Positions 1 to 13,089 of a stretch of 64,000 bases of DNA are shown piece after piece. The notes beneath the pieces are model-generated. The model saw only the letters and a program-made list of their open reading frames with translations, made no database searches and had not been told where the DNA came from. The translations under genes were made by a program, and so were the position numbers. Position 1 is the first letter of the stretch, and every line of letters begins with the position of its first letter. Source of the DNA: Carcharhinus longimanus (Eukaryota); contig JASCQW010000130.1 of assembly GCA_030264375.1 (NCBI GenBank), positions 13,300,281-13,364,280 of the forward strand, in the 5' to 3' direction.

Positions 1-1184
1 TAATAGTTTAAAATCATAATTACATGTCTTAATCTCTTTCTGCATTTATACATCTGTAAACCATTTGTCTCATTACCTTATTAACTTTGTTTTTAGAATC
101 ATTTAACTCTTTACTGGTAATACTGTGTATTCTGTCTAAAATCCTAGCAGCTGATTAATAACTTCCCCTTTCAGCTGTGGAATGAATTAAGAAAGGAAAA
201 TTTGGAGATAAGCTACTATCATCCAGCAAGAACCCTTCTTTGCTCTTGTCAACTCAGTTTCTCACTATGTACAAAGCGGAGGACAACATATTAACATCTG
301 AACTCACTTAGAAAGTATTCAATCTGAAACTGTTGAATCTCCTCTTCCAACCAATTGCAGAACAGCAATCAACAAGCAGTAGAACAGTCCACACACAGCT
401 AACAGAGGAATGGAAGGTAATGTTCAAACAGTACAGCACTATGGGTAGACTGTCCAACCAGTAAGAAATAAACAATAACTTAAACCTTTGGATTGTTAGA
501 GATTGGGAGAAACACGTCAGGACCCTGTGGAAGTCCTGACACACAGATGTGTGGAAATTGTCCAGGAACTTTAAATTTCTAATGGACTGAATCCCTACTG
601 TCTGGGACCTTCCAGGAATATCTCTGACCCTGAGCTCAGGCTGGAGATTTGGTTAGATGAAAGNNNNNNNNNNTAGACAGTTTTAAACCTGGTCTAACAG
701 CTAGGTAACTCCACAGCTGACTCTCCTCAATCACCTCAACCAACTATACCTCCGACCCAACCCAACCCAACTACCTCTCTAACCATCCCACTACCCCACT
801 GCACCCACTTGCACACCCCACCCGCTACTTGCCTATCTACCCATCTCTCTGGTTGCAGATCACTTGTGCCCAGTGACTGATGTGCAGATTATGCCTGTAT
901 GCCACCATCTAAAGTAATGCAGTATCAATATCTGAGCTGGTGTCTGAGATTGAGAGAACAAATTATAGTGTTTCACCATTCATCTTCAGTTACTTGTTCC
1001 ACTTGGACTTGCATTCCTGAACTATAGGAACGATAGGAAAAAGACACAAGAGTAAGCTTGTGATGAGAAAATGGGACTGGGGTGGGGCGGGGGAGGCGTC
1101 AGGAAGCATGCTAATGCCGTCTAAAACTTCTAAATCAAAAGAGATTGCGGGATGATGAGAGAGTGGGAAGTGGGTTAAGTAGGA

Positions 1185-1345
1185 ACATACCCTCACCGTT
1201 AACAACTCCAACCCGGCCACAGCTGAGGTCTTCGCCACTCTAACAATGATGAGCACCATCTTCTCTATGAAGGCGAGGTCATGCAGCTCTGACTGGTCCC
1301 TATCGATCAGATATTGCCTCCTATGGATGTGCATCACTTTGTCTA
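1185..1345 (-). pseudogene. Possible degraded exon 2 of a Harbinger Myb/SANT-like gene
   Basis: Acceptor-like ctcttgtag precedes DKVMHIHRRQ..ELHDLAFIEKMVL, which resembles the second Myb exon at 60245 (DKLTHNKHE..LTQFEDRALDL). Confidence 0.3.
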
Positions 1346-1359
1346 CAAGAGGGAGAAGT

Positions 1360-1768
1360 TTTTTTAAAATTTTCATTTGTTCAAGGGATGCAGACATTGT
1401 TGGTATGGCCGACATTTGTTGCCAATCCCTAATTGCCCTTGAACTAAGATCTTGCTAGGCCATTTCAGAGGACAATTAAGATTCAACCACATTACTGTGG
1501 ATCTAGAGTCACATGTAAGCCAGATTGGATGAGGATGGCAGATTTTCTTCCCTGAAGGGCGTGAGTGAATCAAATGTTTTTTATTTGCAACAATTGATGA
1601 CAGTTTCATGGTCACCATCACTGATACTAGCTTTCAGTTCCAGAATGTTTCATTAAGTGAATTTTAGATTCCACCAGTGGCCGTGGTGGGATTTGGACTC
1701 ATGTTCCAAGAGCAGCAGCCTAGGTCTCTGGATTACTATTCCAGTAAAATTACAACTACACCACTGTG
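1360..1768 (-). mobile_element. tRNA-derived SINE with LINE-shared 3' tail (family A)
   Basis: Reverse complement gives a tRNA-like head and the tail caagggcaattagggattggcaacaaatg plus an A-rich end. Same family at 7290, 22430, 46450, 48325. Confidence 0.8.
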
Positions 1769-2378
1769 TTAGTTCACATTCTACATATGATTACATAGTT
1801 ACAAAGCATTTCAGTCATTCTTTTGCGCACGAGGATCTATATGGGAACCAAGACCAAAGGTGGTCCTGTTGTCCCACCTCACCAGAGTAACACGCCTTAC
1901 TTGTGACTTAGCAGGCACCTAATCAGGGCTTGTGGCCTGAAGCGCTTTAGCTCAGGAAAATGTGTAGAAATGGAGGCAGAAGACCTGACTTTATGGGGAT
2001 AGGTGAAATGGAGGTTTTGGGACAGGGGCAGAAGGTCAGGTGAAGGTACAGACCTCTGAGATGGAAATAATTTGGAACCTGGTAGAGAAAAATTGAGCAA
2101 ATTGTATGGGGGGAAGTCAGGAACTTAGGGGCAGAAGCCTGTAACTCAGGGTGAAGGGCGATGAGCATGGCGTAGGAGCGGGGGAAGGGGGGGTAGAAGG
2201 TCTCAAGCTGGGAACTTGGGAGGAACGAGAAAGACCTGGAACTCGGCAGTTGGAGACAGTCTGGAAATTGGGCAGAGGAAGGTCAAGAACTGTTGGGCGT
2301 AGGGAAAGAAAATATTCCAGGTCTAAGCAGGAGAAGGGGAAGTTGGATGAGAGGGAGAAAGTGATTCAGCTGGAAGGT

Positions 2379-2690
2379 GGGGCAACACACAGTGGCACAG
2401 TGGTTAGCACTGCTACCTCACAACGCCAGGGACCCGGGTTCAATTCCCAGCTTGGGTCACTGTCTGTGCAGAGTCTGCACATTCTCCCCATGTCTGTATG
2501 GGTTTCCTCTGCATGGTCCATTTCCTTCCACAGTCTGAATGATGTGCTGATTAGGTGCATTGGCCTTGTTAAATTCTCACTCAGTTACCCAAACATAAGC
2601 CAAACATATGGCGACTAGGGGTAAACAATAATTTCATTGCATCATTAATGTAAGCCTACTTGCGATACTAATAAATAAACTTAAACTTAA
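2379..2690 (+). mobile_element. tRNA-derived V-SINE/HE1-like SINE (ataaataaactt tail subfamily)
   Basis: A box tggcacagtggttagc, B box ggttcaattccc, central ttccacagtctgaatgatgtgc, tail gtaagcctacttg..actaataaataaacttaaac. Confidence 0.9.
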
Positions 2691-2909
2691 AGATGTGATC
2701 CCTGTTCTCCCCTGCTTTGTTACACATGGATCACGTTCTCCACCCAAACATTATCTCCACCCCTATACATCAATGTCATGTTACCATGTCCTCCAGTTCC
2801 TCCTTTCCTGTTCCTGGACATTGATTGAGANNNNNNNNNNNNNNNNNNNNNNNNNNNNNNNNNNNNNNNNNNNNNNNNNNNNNNNNNNNNNNNNNNNNNN
2901 NNNNNNNNN

Positions 2910-2985
2910 GGCGGGGCAGGCTCGAAGGGCCAGATGGCCTACTCCTGCTCCTATTTCTTATGTTCTTATGTTCTTATGTTCTTAA
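2910..2985 (+). mobile_element. CR1 LINE 3' end
   Basis: ggcctactcctgctcctat followed by the (ttcttatg)n octamer tail typical of CR1. Confidence 0.8.
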
Positions 2986-3029
2986 AACACTGACCAAGTC
3001 AGGGTGCATTCTCAGGAAGAAAAAGAGTT

Positions 3030-3125
3030 AACATTTCACATTCTGATGAAAGGTCAACAACCTGAACCTTCTGCTTCTCCCTCTTTACATGCTGCATGTT
3101 TTCAGCATTTTACATTATGTCATTT
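3030..3125 (+). mobile_element. Penelope-like pLTR fragment with degenerate hammerhead core
   Basis: tctgatgaaaggtcaacaacctgaac followed by the gctgcatgttttcagcatttt motif seen in other copies. Confidence 0.55.
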
Positions 3126-3559
3126 AACTGTTGATTTGGAGACATTTGACCAGGTATGCCCTATGGTCCTTGGTCGCTATTCTGCTTTTCCAAGGTGACC
3201 CATAACATTAACAGGTAGATGGCATTATCATGGCTGCACTGCAACATTGTCAATCAGGGAGTCTCTGGCTATTCCTTATGTTAGTTGATACATTTGCGGT
3301 ATCCTCCACATTGAGCCACTTCCCTATTGCTGATGGATTGAATCAATGGAAATAATCTTGCATTTTTTTTTAAAGAGGAGTGTGCGATAAACTCACCAAC
3401 TGTTACTAGGGGATGGATAGTCAGCACAATGTCCGTGATGTGAAAACATTTATAGCCAATGATCCAGAATGGATATCTTGAAAAGTGTGTGTTAATAATT
3501 GAAAGTTACAACGGATACATGAATGGTAAATTATGTTTAGCTTGTTCAAGTTCTTCGAT

Positions 3560-4640
3560 GGCACAATGGAGAGAATAGATCAGCATAGTGCAGTTGGTGT
3601 TGTGAATGTGGACTTTGAAAACGAGTTTGGTAAACACCACAAAGTAGATGGTTAGCAAAATTAAATCCTGCCAAGGTATTAACAAGTTGCATAAATGCAA
3701 AATTGGCTAAGGGACAGAAGTGGAGAGTAGCAGCGAATAACTGTTTTTAAAGGCATAATTGCAGAGTTTGTTAGTGACGCAAAACCCATAAATGTAGTAA
3801 GTTGTGAGGAAGAAAAGAGAGTTAGTAGACAGACTGGTGAAATGGGCTGAAAAAGTGCAGATAAAATTTAATGCTCAGAAATATGAAGTGATTAGTTCTC
3901 GAAATGAAGACGGTAAGGAAGATAAGAGAGTGTGAAGGGGGAAAACACAAGGAAAGGAGCAGGATAATGTGACACTTGGCAGACAGTGCAAAAAATAATA
4001 AGCCCCGACACGTAGCAGAGAGTTGGACTAAGAGCAGAATATATCTGTATAAGGAAATGGCTAGTGCAGCTTCAGTAATTCAATCGCAGGACCATGAAAG
4101 AGAGCAGTCAGCGATTACCTAGGTATAAAGATTCTCTTTATTGTTCCAGGCAACCATGCAATATGACTCACAAGAGGAAGCATAGGGCAAGGACAGTGGA
4201 CAGATAGGCCTTAAAAATAACACAGAAGTAGAAGTCCTGATAAAACCTCAGGAGACAGACAAACCACAGAGATTGTGAGGCCCAGGAATCACAAAATACA
4301 AGAACATGACCTAAGTTTGCAGTACGGAGAAAAGGGAAGGATTGATTCTTGATTGACGCATGGTTTATTCTCAAGTATTGTTGCATGTAACCATTGTTAC
4401 ACAAAAGTGTGTAAATGCGTTTCTTTGAACTATAATCGGCAGAGTGTTTCTGAGCTTGACTTGGAAAGGCCTCTCCTGCAAGCATGTGGTATAAGCTTGA
4501 ATAAATTCACCTTGCTACTTTCCACTTAGCTCTAAAGGCTCAATCTGTTAAGGATCCTCCATCAATAAGAAGGATGAAGAGAAGAAATATAAACCAAATG
4601 ATGCAATAGTAAAAGGGAGGTGCCAGAACTGAGTGACCAT
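3560..4640 (+). mobile_element. CR1 LINE RT fragments interrupted by a solo LTR
   Basis: Degraded gtggactttgaaaa..tttggtaa (VDFxKAFD-like) and aaatgggctgaaaaagtgcagataaaatttaatg; CR1-like sequence resumes near 4575. Confidence 0.6.
3931..4566 (+). mobile_element. Solo LTR (ERV/LTR-retrotransposon-like)
   Basis: Starts TGTGAAGGGG, has TATA-like tataat near 4431 and AATAAA near 4500, ends near ..ccatCA. Layout resembles the LTR at 22686. Confidence 0.55.
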
Positions 4641-6475
4641 TGGTGTATTATCCAAGTCTTTGAACTTCAATCCTGATCCAATGAGGAGCGTGGAAGAGAA
4701 TGTCAGGAACAGCATTGGGTGAACCTGTAAATGAGATACCAATCTGAACTAGTGGTTACTGTACAGTACTACATGAGTGCTGAAGCATTGAATTTGCTGG
4801 ACAGCAAGAGGCCTTTCAGCCTCACACACCTATGCCAGCTCTTTGAAAAACCTGTCCAATTTGGCTGCACTCAATGCTGACATGCATGTGGTATTATACC
4901 TCTTTAATCCGTGACATCATTGCAAACAATGGAGGTCAGAACACCACTCATTCCCCAGTGTAAGACTTATCTTCTCCACTTAGCTTCTTATTTTCTTTTT
5001 GGATTTTGGAGCGAGACAGGGCTGTTTTGTTCAGAACAAACACTGTACCCACTTCTGACTAGGTAATTTCCTTTAGTTCAATGTTCTCTACGGCAGGCAT
5101 CCATTTCAAACAAGTGAGCATGTATATGGAGACCTCAAACTCCCTTTGACATGCCATTGAGCAGATTTTCACGTTGCCGTTTCTGAAGCTACTGAAACAC
5201 CTGCACCAGCCACAAGGATTAAAAATGGGTTGGGAAATTGGCTGGTTCCCTTCTGGCGATGTGATCCTTCTCATCCAATTTTTCTCAATGCTCTGTGAAC
5301 CGCCTGATTCAATATGCCCAAGTTTGGAACACACAAAAACTGCACCAATTTCTTAAAAAAAAATACTAAGTATGTTTCACCTAAGCTCAAATTCTGCACT
5401 GGATTTCTGTGCAAGTGTGGATGCTGGTGGCCATCTTGTGTTGACGGATTAAGTTGTCCAATTTATTCCCAGAGCTTAGTTTTTTTCCCCATAATCCTGC
5501 ATGTAAGTCCTCTTGATGCCCATGTACACCCACACTGGCACCCCAGACATATATGTGAGGACCTTGCACACAGCACGCACATACATGCACATCTCACAAA
5601 TACATACTGTAAGTACAGGGGCATCCGCACAGAAATGCACACGTACCCCACTCACATCTGGATGCCCCACATACCTATGCCTCCTGTACACGTGCAATTT
5701 TGCACACACTGATTGATTTAAATCTTTACCACGCTGCTGCCACATTAATACCTCTGAAATCCAAAGGCCATTGAATACTTGTATTTATTGTTTTCCATTT
5801 CCTATTCTAGTGAATGTGCTGGGGTAAAATTGGAACCCTAACCTTGTTCTCTTCATTCTGAATTGATTTTTTTTATCACATACAGAAGGGAGTTAAAAAA
5901 AATTCAAATCTCAAAAGAAATAACTAACCCAATAATTAAAGTATAGAGTCTTTCATCTCATCTGCCAAGGACGGCTATAATTGCAATTGCAGGATATTAG
6001 ATAACAGTGGATCTTCATAAAGCTAACTACAGCTCCACTTTGTGCATTCTACCATATCACTGTTCTCACATGATTTGCATCTTCCTCAGTTTTGCTGTTC
6101 AGTCGCTATGAGCTCCAAAGGTTGCTTGCCTCTTGACAATTGCAGGCTCAAATTACAAATTCCAGACACGTAGTTGTCCTGTCCACTAGTCAGAATTCTC
6201 AACCAAGTCACTTGTTGTAAATAAACATGAGCATGTTTCTGAGTGATGTGCCTGTCATAGTTGAATAGCTGAAAATGAGTGAAAGACATGGGAGTGAGCT
6301 TTGCTGCAGTGCTAAGTGTGTGAGGGTGAAATGAAGCTATGAGTGTGACATTTAATTGTGGTTGATAGATGAGTGAAGGAAGAATGCTGAATGGAACTGT
6401 GTGAGGCTAGTGCTTTATTTGCAAGGATGTGTAATTTGAAGAAGTATTCACTGACCATGAGTACTCATGTGAGGT

Positions 6476-7030
6476 CAAAAAGGACAAAGAAAAGTACAGT
6501 ACAGGAACAGGTCCTTCAGCCCTCCAAGCTTGTGCCGATTATGATGCCCTTACTCGGGTCGTTTCCCTCTAGTCCCTCCCTATTCATGTACCCATCCAGA
6601 TGCCTCTTGAATGTTGCTAATGTGCCCACTTCCACCACTTCCTCTGTTAGCATGTTCCAGGCAAGCACCACTCTCTGCATGAGAAACTTTCCCTGCACCT
6701 CTCCCTTACACTTTCCCTCTTTCAACTTGAACCTGTGCCCCTTGTAATTTACTCTTCCATCCTTGACTGTCCATCCACTCTGCTTATGCCTCTCATGATT
6801 TTGTAGACCTCTGTCAGGTCTCCCCTCAGCCTCCACCTTTCCAGTGAAAACAATCATAGTTTATTCAATCTCTCCTCATAGTCAACACCCTCAAGACCAG
6901 GCAACATCCTGGTGAACTTTCTTTACACTCCCTCCAAAGTTTCCAATCCTTCTGCTAATGTGGTGATCAGAACTACACGCAATACATAAAATGTGGCCTA
7001 ACCAAGGTTTTATATTATCATTAAACTTCT
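6476..7030 (-). mobile_element. CR1 LINE 3' fragment (ORF2 C-terminus and 3' UTR)
   Basis: ORF 6516-6857 contains GHRFKLKEGKCKGEVQGKFLMQRVVLAWNML..TFKRHLDGYM, the CR1 ORF2 C-terminal signature. Confidence 0.9.
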
Positions 7031-7360
7031 TAAAATTCAAGCACTTGAGACTTGACTCTTAGTGTTGACCTGCATAACTATCTGTTCCCAATGTGTTCTT
7101 GTTTTCTATCTGGTGGGAGCTCTTAACCCCTGTGAATCCTCCCCACTGTATATCTTCTGCACTAAGGTCTCCAGTGCTGCATCTGAGAGTCTTTCTGTCT
7201 TGATGCACCATAGTCACTCTCCTTGCAGGCTGGGCACTCTTCCTCAGCCACTTTCAGCACCTAGTGCAGCCAGAATGCAGCTCCCCTTAAGTGGGGAAGG
7301 GAGAAGGTTGTATAGTCACTGGACAAGTAATCCAGAGGTCAAGGCAAATGTTCTAGGGAT

Positions 7361-7690
7361 AATGAAAACAGAAAATGAAATAAAAATTCAGCACGTCTGG
7401 CAACATCTGTGGAGAGAAAACAAAAACACCATTTCAAGTCCTTATGACTTGGATTTGAAACATTGGATGAGATTTTACAGCCTCACTTGTCCCAAAATCC
7501 CACCCAAGGTCAACCAACCTTCCCATGGTTTGCCCCTTGCCCGCTCCAATTCCCATGGAGGGTGGGACGGTAAAATTCCAGCCATTAACTCTGCTTTCTC
7601 TGTCCATAGATGCTGCCACACCTGCTCAATTCTTACATTTTCTGTTTTTATTTTAGAGTTCCAGCATCCTTAGTGTTTTGTTTTATTTTA
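7361..7690. mobile_element. Inverted pair of Penelope-like pLTR fragments
   Basis: cagcacgtctggcaacatctgtggagag (minus) and ctctgtccatagatgctgccacacctgctc (plus) are reverse complements of one family. Confidence 0.7.
7465..7583. mobile_element. PIF/Harbinger-type MITE
   Basis: Imperfect TIRs ggatgagattttac / gtaaaattccagcc; 3-bp TSD att at 7462-7464 and 7584-7586. Confidence 0.75.
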
Positions 7691-7967
7691 ATGTTCTGGG
7701 GATAAAGGTTCAGATCTGACCACAGCAGCTGGTGGAATATAAGTTCAATTAATAACCATGAATTAAAAAGCTAGCCTCAGTAATGGTGACAATGAAACAA
7801 GCCATTGTCAAATGTAAAAACACATCTGACTCACTACTGTCCTTTAAGGAAGGAAATCTACCATCCTTGCCCAGTCTGGCCTAAATGTGACTCCAGACCC
7901 ATAGCAATGTGGTTGACTTTTAACTACCTTCTGGAATGGTCCAGCAAGCACTCAGGTCAAGGGAATT

Positions 7968-8190
7968 GGCCTTTTGGCTAAGATCAAACATCAGATAAAG
8001 CCCAAGATGGGATGCAATGCCTTATCTTGTCAGCTTGGATCTTGTTTGTCTCTCTTGTTGGGACCATGAATTGGATTCAATTAGAGTTTCAATTTGGCTT
8101 TTGGAGCAAGCAGTGAATGGATTTGGGTTTGCCCGGTCCGTTCTGATCATTGGTTTTGTAACTTTAAGCGTGGAGTAAAAAAATAAAATA
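7968..8190 (+). mobile_element. U2 snRNA-derived retroposon (SINE-like), copy 1
   Basis: ggccttttggctaagatcaa matches the vertebrate U2 5' region exactly; the rest is collinear with the remainder of U2; ends in an A-rich tail aaaaaaataaaata. Confidence 0.85.
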
Positions 8191-8967
8191 GGTATGGATA
8201 ACAAATATTGGCCTTGTCAAATCCCATGAAAAAAAATTTAAAAAAGAGATGCAAGCTGATCTTAAGTAGCATGGGCTAGCTTTCAGTGGTGCCAGCCTCA
8301 AATAAATATGGTTCCCTTACTAGAAAGCAGAAATGCAACAGCACATTTAGCACTATGCTGCTCAGAACTATTATTAAAATCAGCAAGAACCTGACCTTTA
8401 TGTGCTGTCTGCATCACAATGAATAGGTACAGTTTAATGACACATCACAGTCCCCTTGTTCATTTCAGGAACTGCACCAATTGCGTCCCTCCACCTTGGG
8501 CTTTTCAGCCTAGAAAAGAAGGTGATTTTATCAAGATCCATAAGATAGTAAATGAGGTGGAACAGGCAAATGCTACTGTAAAGAAAAATACCAAAGTAAT
8601 ACATTGAAAAGAAGCTGATTTTAAGACAATAAGAATGGAACTAGGGAAATAACCCAGAAAATGTTACTGACAAAGAAGCAGAACAGGAGTGGGAAACATT
8701 TGAAACAGAGATTAATGAAATCAAGGAGAAATGCATTCTACTAAAGTACGCAAAAAAAGCAACAATGCCATACTAAGGATGAATTAAAAAATAGGGCAAC
8801 ATTAAAGCTAAATAAATGGCATTCAGTAAAAAAAGACAACAGTGTAGAGGACACAGAAAGGAAAAACCATAAATCAGGATAGGGAAAGTGCAACTGAGAG
8901 ATGCACACAATAAACTCACGTGTAATATCCACGAAATGACAGAAACATTAAATAATTACTTTGCCTC

Positions 8968-9798
8968 TGTCAAGCCTGGCCATGTATCTTTTATTAGATA
9001 AGGGAAAGAAAATTAATTACAACATCCCAGGTATGGTAGGCAGTATCAAGTCACTGGCAAATACCAAATTGCGTATTGACATAGGTATTGATACCTGCTA
9101 GGAAATTTGGGAAGTTAATGAAGTTAATAGTTGAACTTGAGAGGAAAAGAAAGTAACAAACAAATAACAAGACCAGCGGGAAACTGGAGGAATAATGAGA
9201 AATAATTTACCCTGTAACAAGATTAACAGGCTTCTAGAGAAATCGAGGTATGAATTGCTATGTCAGAAAAAGCATCTATCAGAGATCAATGGAACTAAAG
9301 AAATGATAACTCATAAAAGCAAGACATTTGAGAGATGCAGACAGCCCAATCCATAGGGCGGAATATCAAAGAAACTGAACAATTTAACTGCTAGCATCTT
9401 CACTGGGGAAGGAGGCTAATTTTCCATAAAATAGTCAGGCAGAGGCTTATTCCATCTAACATTTAGAACCACAGTAAATTGCAGATAATTTCCTCCAAAA
9501 GACACAGCTTCATGCCTTTGCTGAACCAGGAAAAGACGTGTCGTCAGACTTGGTCATCTAAACTGTTTTGTGTGGTAACTCTTGTGTGGATTTGACTTAT
9601 AATACCATTTTTTTTACTTTAATAAATACACTTTATTGCTTGTTTATACAATGGCTGCACTGATTCCTCACTGAGTTGTATAAGATTCCTCACGATATTC
9701 CAAACAAATATGCACCACTAAGAATCAGTTCTTCAAGTTACTCTTCGGGGTTTTGAGACACTCTCGCAGATAGTGTCAGTGGGATTCTTAATAATACA
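8968..9798 (+). mobile_element. Probable solo LTR
   Basis: TG start directly after a CR1-like fragment, TATA-like tataat near 9598, AATAAA near 9621, CA end. No clear TSD. Confidence 0.45.
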
Positions 9799-10714
9799 TC
9801 ACAGCCATATGTGGAATTTGCAAATCTCTGTTTAAGGATGGGTCAACATGTGTAATTTCCAGACATCCCTAGCTCCATGTTTTATACTGGACAAGAGCAA
9901 AGATCAAAACTCAATTACCAACCATCAGCTTCCAATTGTATCGCTATGGCCTCCCCATCCAAACTAGACTGTGTTAGATGTTTTAACGCCATAGACTCTA
10001 ATTAAAGCTAGTTTCAGGACCAGCACCCTTACTACAATTATTACCTCAGGGCCGAGCAAAACCCAGCAGAACTATCAGTCATCAGCCAGTTTGAGAATCT
10101 GACTCTGAAACTAACTGCAACTCACCAAGCAGCCAAAGCATTTAACCTGCTCCCATTGGGAACCAAGCCCAGAAACCTTGCAATCAGAAACCCAAGAAAC
10201 CTTGCAATCTGCTGTGAATCCTTCACTTTGCAAGACCTGCACTTCAAATTTGAATCATCAAACCCATTCAAGAAGCCACATGGGAGACCAGAAATCATAA
10301 ATCAGTGCCTGAGTTAACTGTAATCTGTAAAGGTGCACCATGTTTATCTATATTGTGTTTTTGTGTGTGAGTAATGAACATGTGATGTTGTGCTACTTCA
10401 GGATTTTTGTGAGACTAAATAACCTTGTCAATTTTAAACTCAGAAAAGGTTGCTGCTGAATTGTTCAATTTGAACTTACTGTTTAAGGGTAAGAAAAGAA
10501 AGTAGGGTGGTATGTAATCCTTCTGGAACCATCCAAAGTTTGTGGCTTAAATCACATTTTTGAATCATTTCTAGTGCTCGGCAATTGCCCAGAGGGAGTT
10601 TGTGCTGCTGGGCAATTGCCCTGGAAAACGTTAACCTGTGACGTCCTGAGAGGGAATCCCCAGTGCATCTAGGGGGTAACCGCCCAATCCAACACTGGGG
10701 GGCCTGGAGGTTAC

Positions 10715-11750
10715 AGCCAAATATATTTGCTTTTCCAAAAAAGCCTTCGATAAGGTGGACACGTAGGCTGAGATTTTACTGCCACGCTCGCCCCAATGCT
10801 GGAAAATCCTGCCTGAGGTCAATGGACTTTTGCATGGTCTATGTCTCACCCACTATGATTCCCATGGCAAGCGGAATGGGAAAATTCTGCCTGTGTGGTG
10901 CCTGGTGCAAGTAGCAGAATGGATAGCAAGTGACTAATTAATACAGAGGAGGACTGCACTGAAATAAAGGAAAACATTAATTAACTTGCAACAAGGATAT
11001 GTAATTGGCAAATGAACTTCGATGTAGATAAGTGTGAAGTTGTACATTTTGGAAGGAAGAATAAGAAGACCACTTACTACCAAAAAAAAATGACTGTCTA
11101 AATGGGAAAGAGAAATCAGTGGTTCTGGGAGGACAGATAGGCAAATCACCAATGGTTAAAATGACTTTAAAAATGCAAACAGTGCCCTGAGGTTCATTTC
11201 TGATGGGGTAAAATTGAGATGTGGACAAATTGTGAAGAACTTGTATAGAGGTTTGGTGAGACCATGCCTCTGATCTCCATATTACAGAAGGAGCACACTG
11301 GCGAAGGTGCAATAATAATTTGCTAGAATGATAACTAGTTTATGTCTAGGAAGAAAAATTGAACGGCTGGGGCATTTTACCCTACAAAAGAGAAGCCTTT
11401 GGGGTAGCCTGATAGACGTTTTTTAAGATTATGAAAGAGTTTGATATGAGAGATATAGTGAAGATGTTTCCACTTGTGGGCAAGAACAGAACAAGGAGCC
11501 ATAAATATAAGATAGTCACAAATCAATCCATGAGGGAATTTGAAATAAACTCTTTACCCAGAAACTGATTTAGAAAACTGGTACTCATTACCTCAATGAG
11601 TAGTGGTGATGAATAGCATTGATGTGATTAGATGAGGGAGAGACAAAGAGCAATATATATTGCTGATCTAGATAAGAATGTTTTGGGGAGGTGTATGTGA
11701 AGCATGGACCTGATGGGCCAAGCGGCCTATGTCTGACCTGTAAATACTCA
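10715..11750 (+). mobile_element. Degraded CR1 LINE
   Basis: ttccaaaaaagccttcgataaggtg (FQKAFDKV), gataagtgtgaagttgtacattttggaagg (DKCEVVHFG) and a 3' UTR-like end. Confidence 0.8.
10766..10892. mobile_element. Harbinger-type MITE
   Basis: ggctgagattttac...gggaaaattctgcct; body similar to the 51785-51899 copy. Confidence 0.75.
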
Positions 11751-12719
11751 ATAATGTATTAAAACGAATCAAACTGACAGTAAGACATGTCATCATAGTT
11801 CAAACAAGTAGAAGCAAAATTTGGTCCTCGGATCATGAATGTAATCCTTTCACAAAGGATGATTAAAACTTGCTATGGACTCCCAGTTAGAGTGGTATGG
11901 GTAAAATCCTAGGGATATTTCAAGCAGTGACTGGATGCTGCAACGCTGGAGAGGAGCAGTGTAGAATTTTTCTTGTTTATTGGATTAAGAGGGACAGAAT
12001 GACTTTCTTCAATCTGCGAATATCTTATGATCTTTTTGATTGGAGCTATCGACATCTTATGCCAGATTTGACACAAAGATTGGTGCATATTAGTGTGATG
12101 CTGGATGTATGTAACAAAAAAGATTAGATGTCCAGGAACAGTAATTGAAAGTCTGTGACATGATTACTGATATTAAGGAGAGATTGTTACAATTATCTTG
12201 GCTGACATCCTAGTTTGGTTGCTATGGCAATGAAATATAATTTCTTGTCAGTACCTATATAACTGGCTGTCTGTCTGTCTATTTATCCCATTAACTCTGT
12301 CTTCTACCTCTAACCAGTGCAAGTACAGGAGTAGCCAAGCAGAGAACTAAGGGTACAGTTGCACAAATCTTGAGAAGTGGGAAATCAAGTTGACAATGCT
12401 TTCAAAAATAATATGGGATCCAAGGTTATTTAAATAAGGGCACACAGTACAAAACCGAACAGGTAGTTTTGAACCTGTACAAAATTATTGGTTAAATGAC
12501 ATTTAGAACACAATGCTCTTTTTTCATTCTTTACTTTAGGAAAGGTGTCAAGGAAATGGCAAGTGGGCAGAAAAATTTCACTAAGATGCTACCAGGAATC
12601 CAAAGATAGACCAGAGGAAATAATCTTTTCATAAAAACATTAAAGATTAAGAAAATATCTGATAATAGGATTTTAAATTATGAGTAACTTTGGTAAGGTA
12701 AATTGGGAAAATGTGTCAG

Positions 12720-13015
12720 TAACGGTGGCACAGTGGTTAGCACTGCTGCCTCACAGCATCAGGGACCCGAGTTCAATTTCCAGCTTGGGTGACTGTGCTG
12801 AGTTTGCACACTCTCCTGTGTTTGTGTGGGTTTCCACCAGACGCTCCGGTTTCCTCTCACAGTCTGAGAGATGTGCTGGTTTGGTGCACTGGCCATGCTA
12901 AATCCTCCCTCGGAACAGGCAGCAGAGTGTGGGTGACTAGGGGATTTTCACAATAACTTCATTGCAGCGTTAATGTGAGCCTACTTGTGACACTAATAAA
13001 TAAACTTTAAAAAAA
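12720..13015 (+). mobile_element. tRNA-derived V-SINE/HE1-like SINE
   Basis: cggtggcacagtggttagcactgctgcctcacagc head and ataaataaacttt tail. Confidence 0.9.
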
Positions 13016-13089
13016 AGCTTAAACTTGAGGACTTAATTTGAAGAACATCACTAGCATCACCAAGAGAGATTGGAATTTTTTTTCACATC

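Larger units (their letters stand above)
7290..8250 (+). mobile_element. tRNA SINE (family A) hosting nested insertions
   Basis: SINE pieces at 7290-7360, 7690-7967 and 8190-8250; aatgttct(a/g)ggga is duplicated around the 7361-7690 insert. Confidence 0.75.

Noticed and set aside
7062-7673. 203-aa ORF
   Set aside because: It runs through SINE, Penelope and MITE sequence, so it is a chance open frame.
7968-8190. Functional U2 snRNA gene
   Set aside because: The branch-point motif GUAGUA is lost, the Sm site is altered, there are insertions and an A-rich tail, and it sits inside a SINE with no recognisable snRNA promoter.
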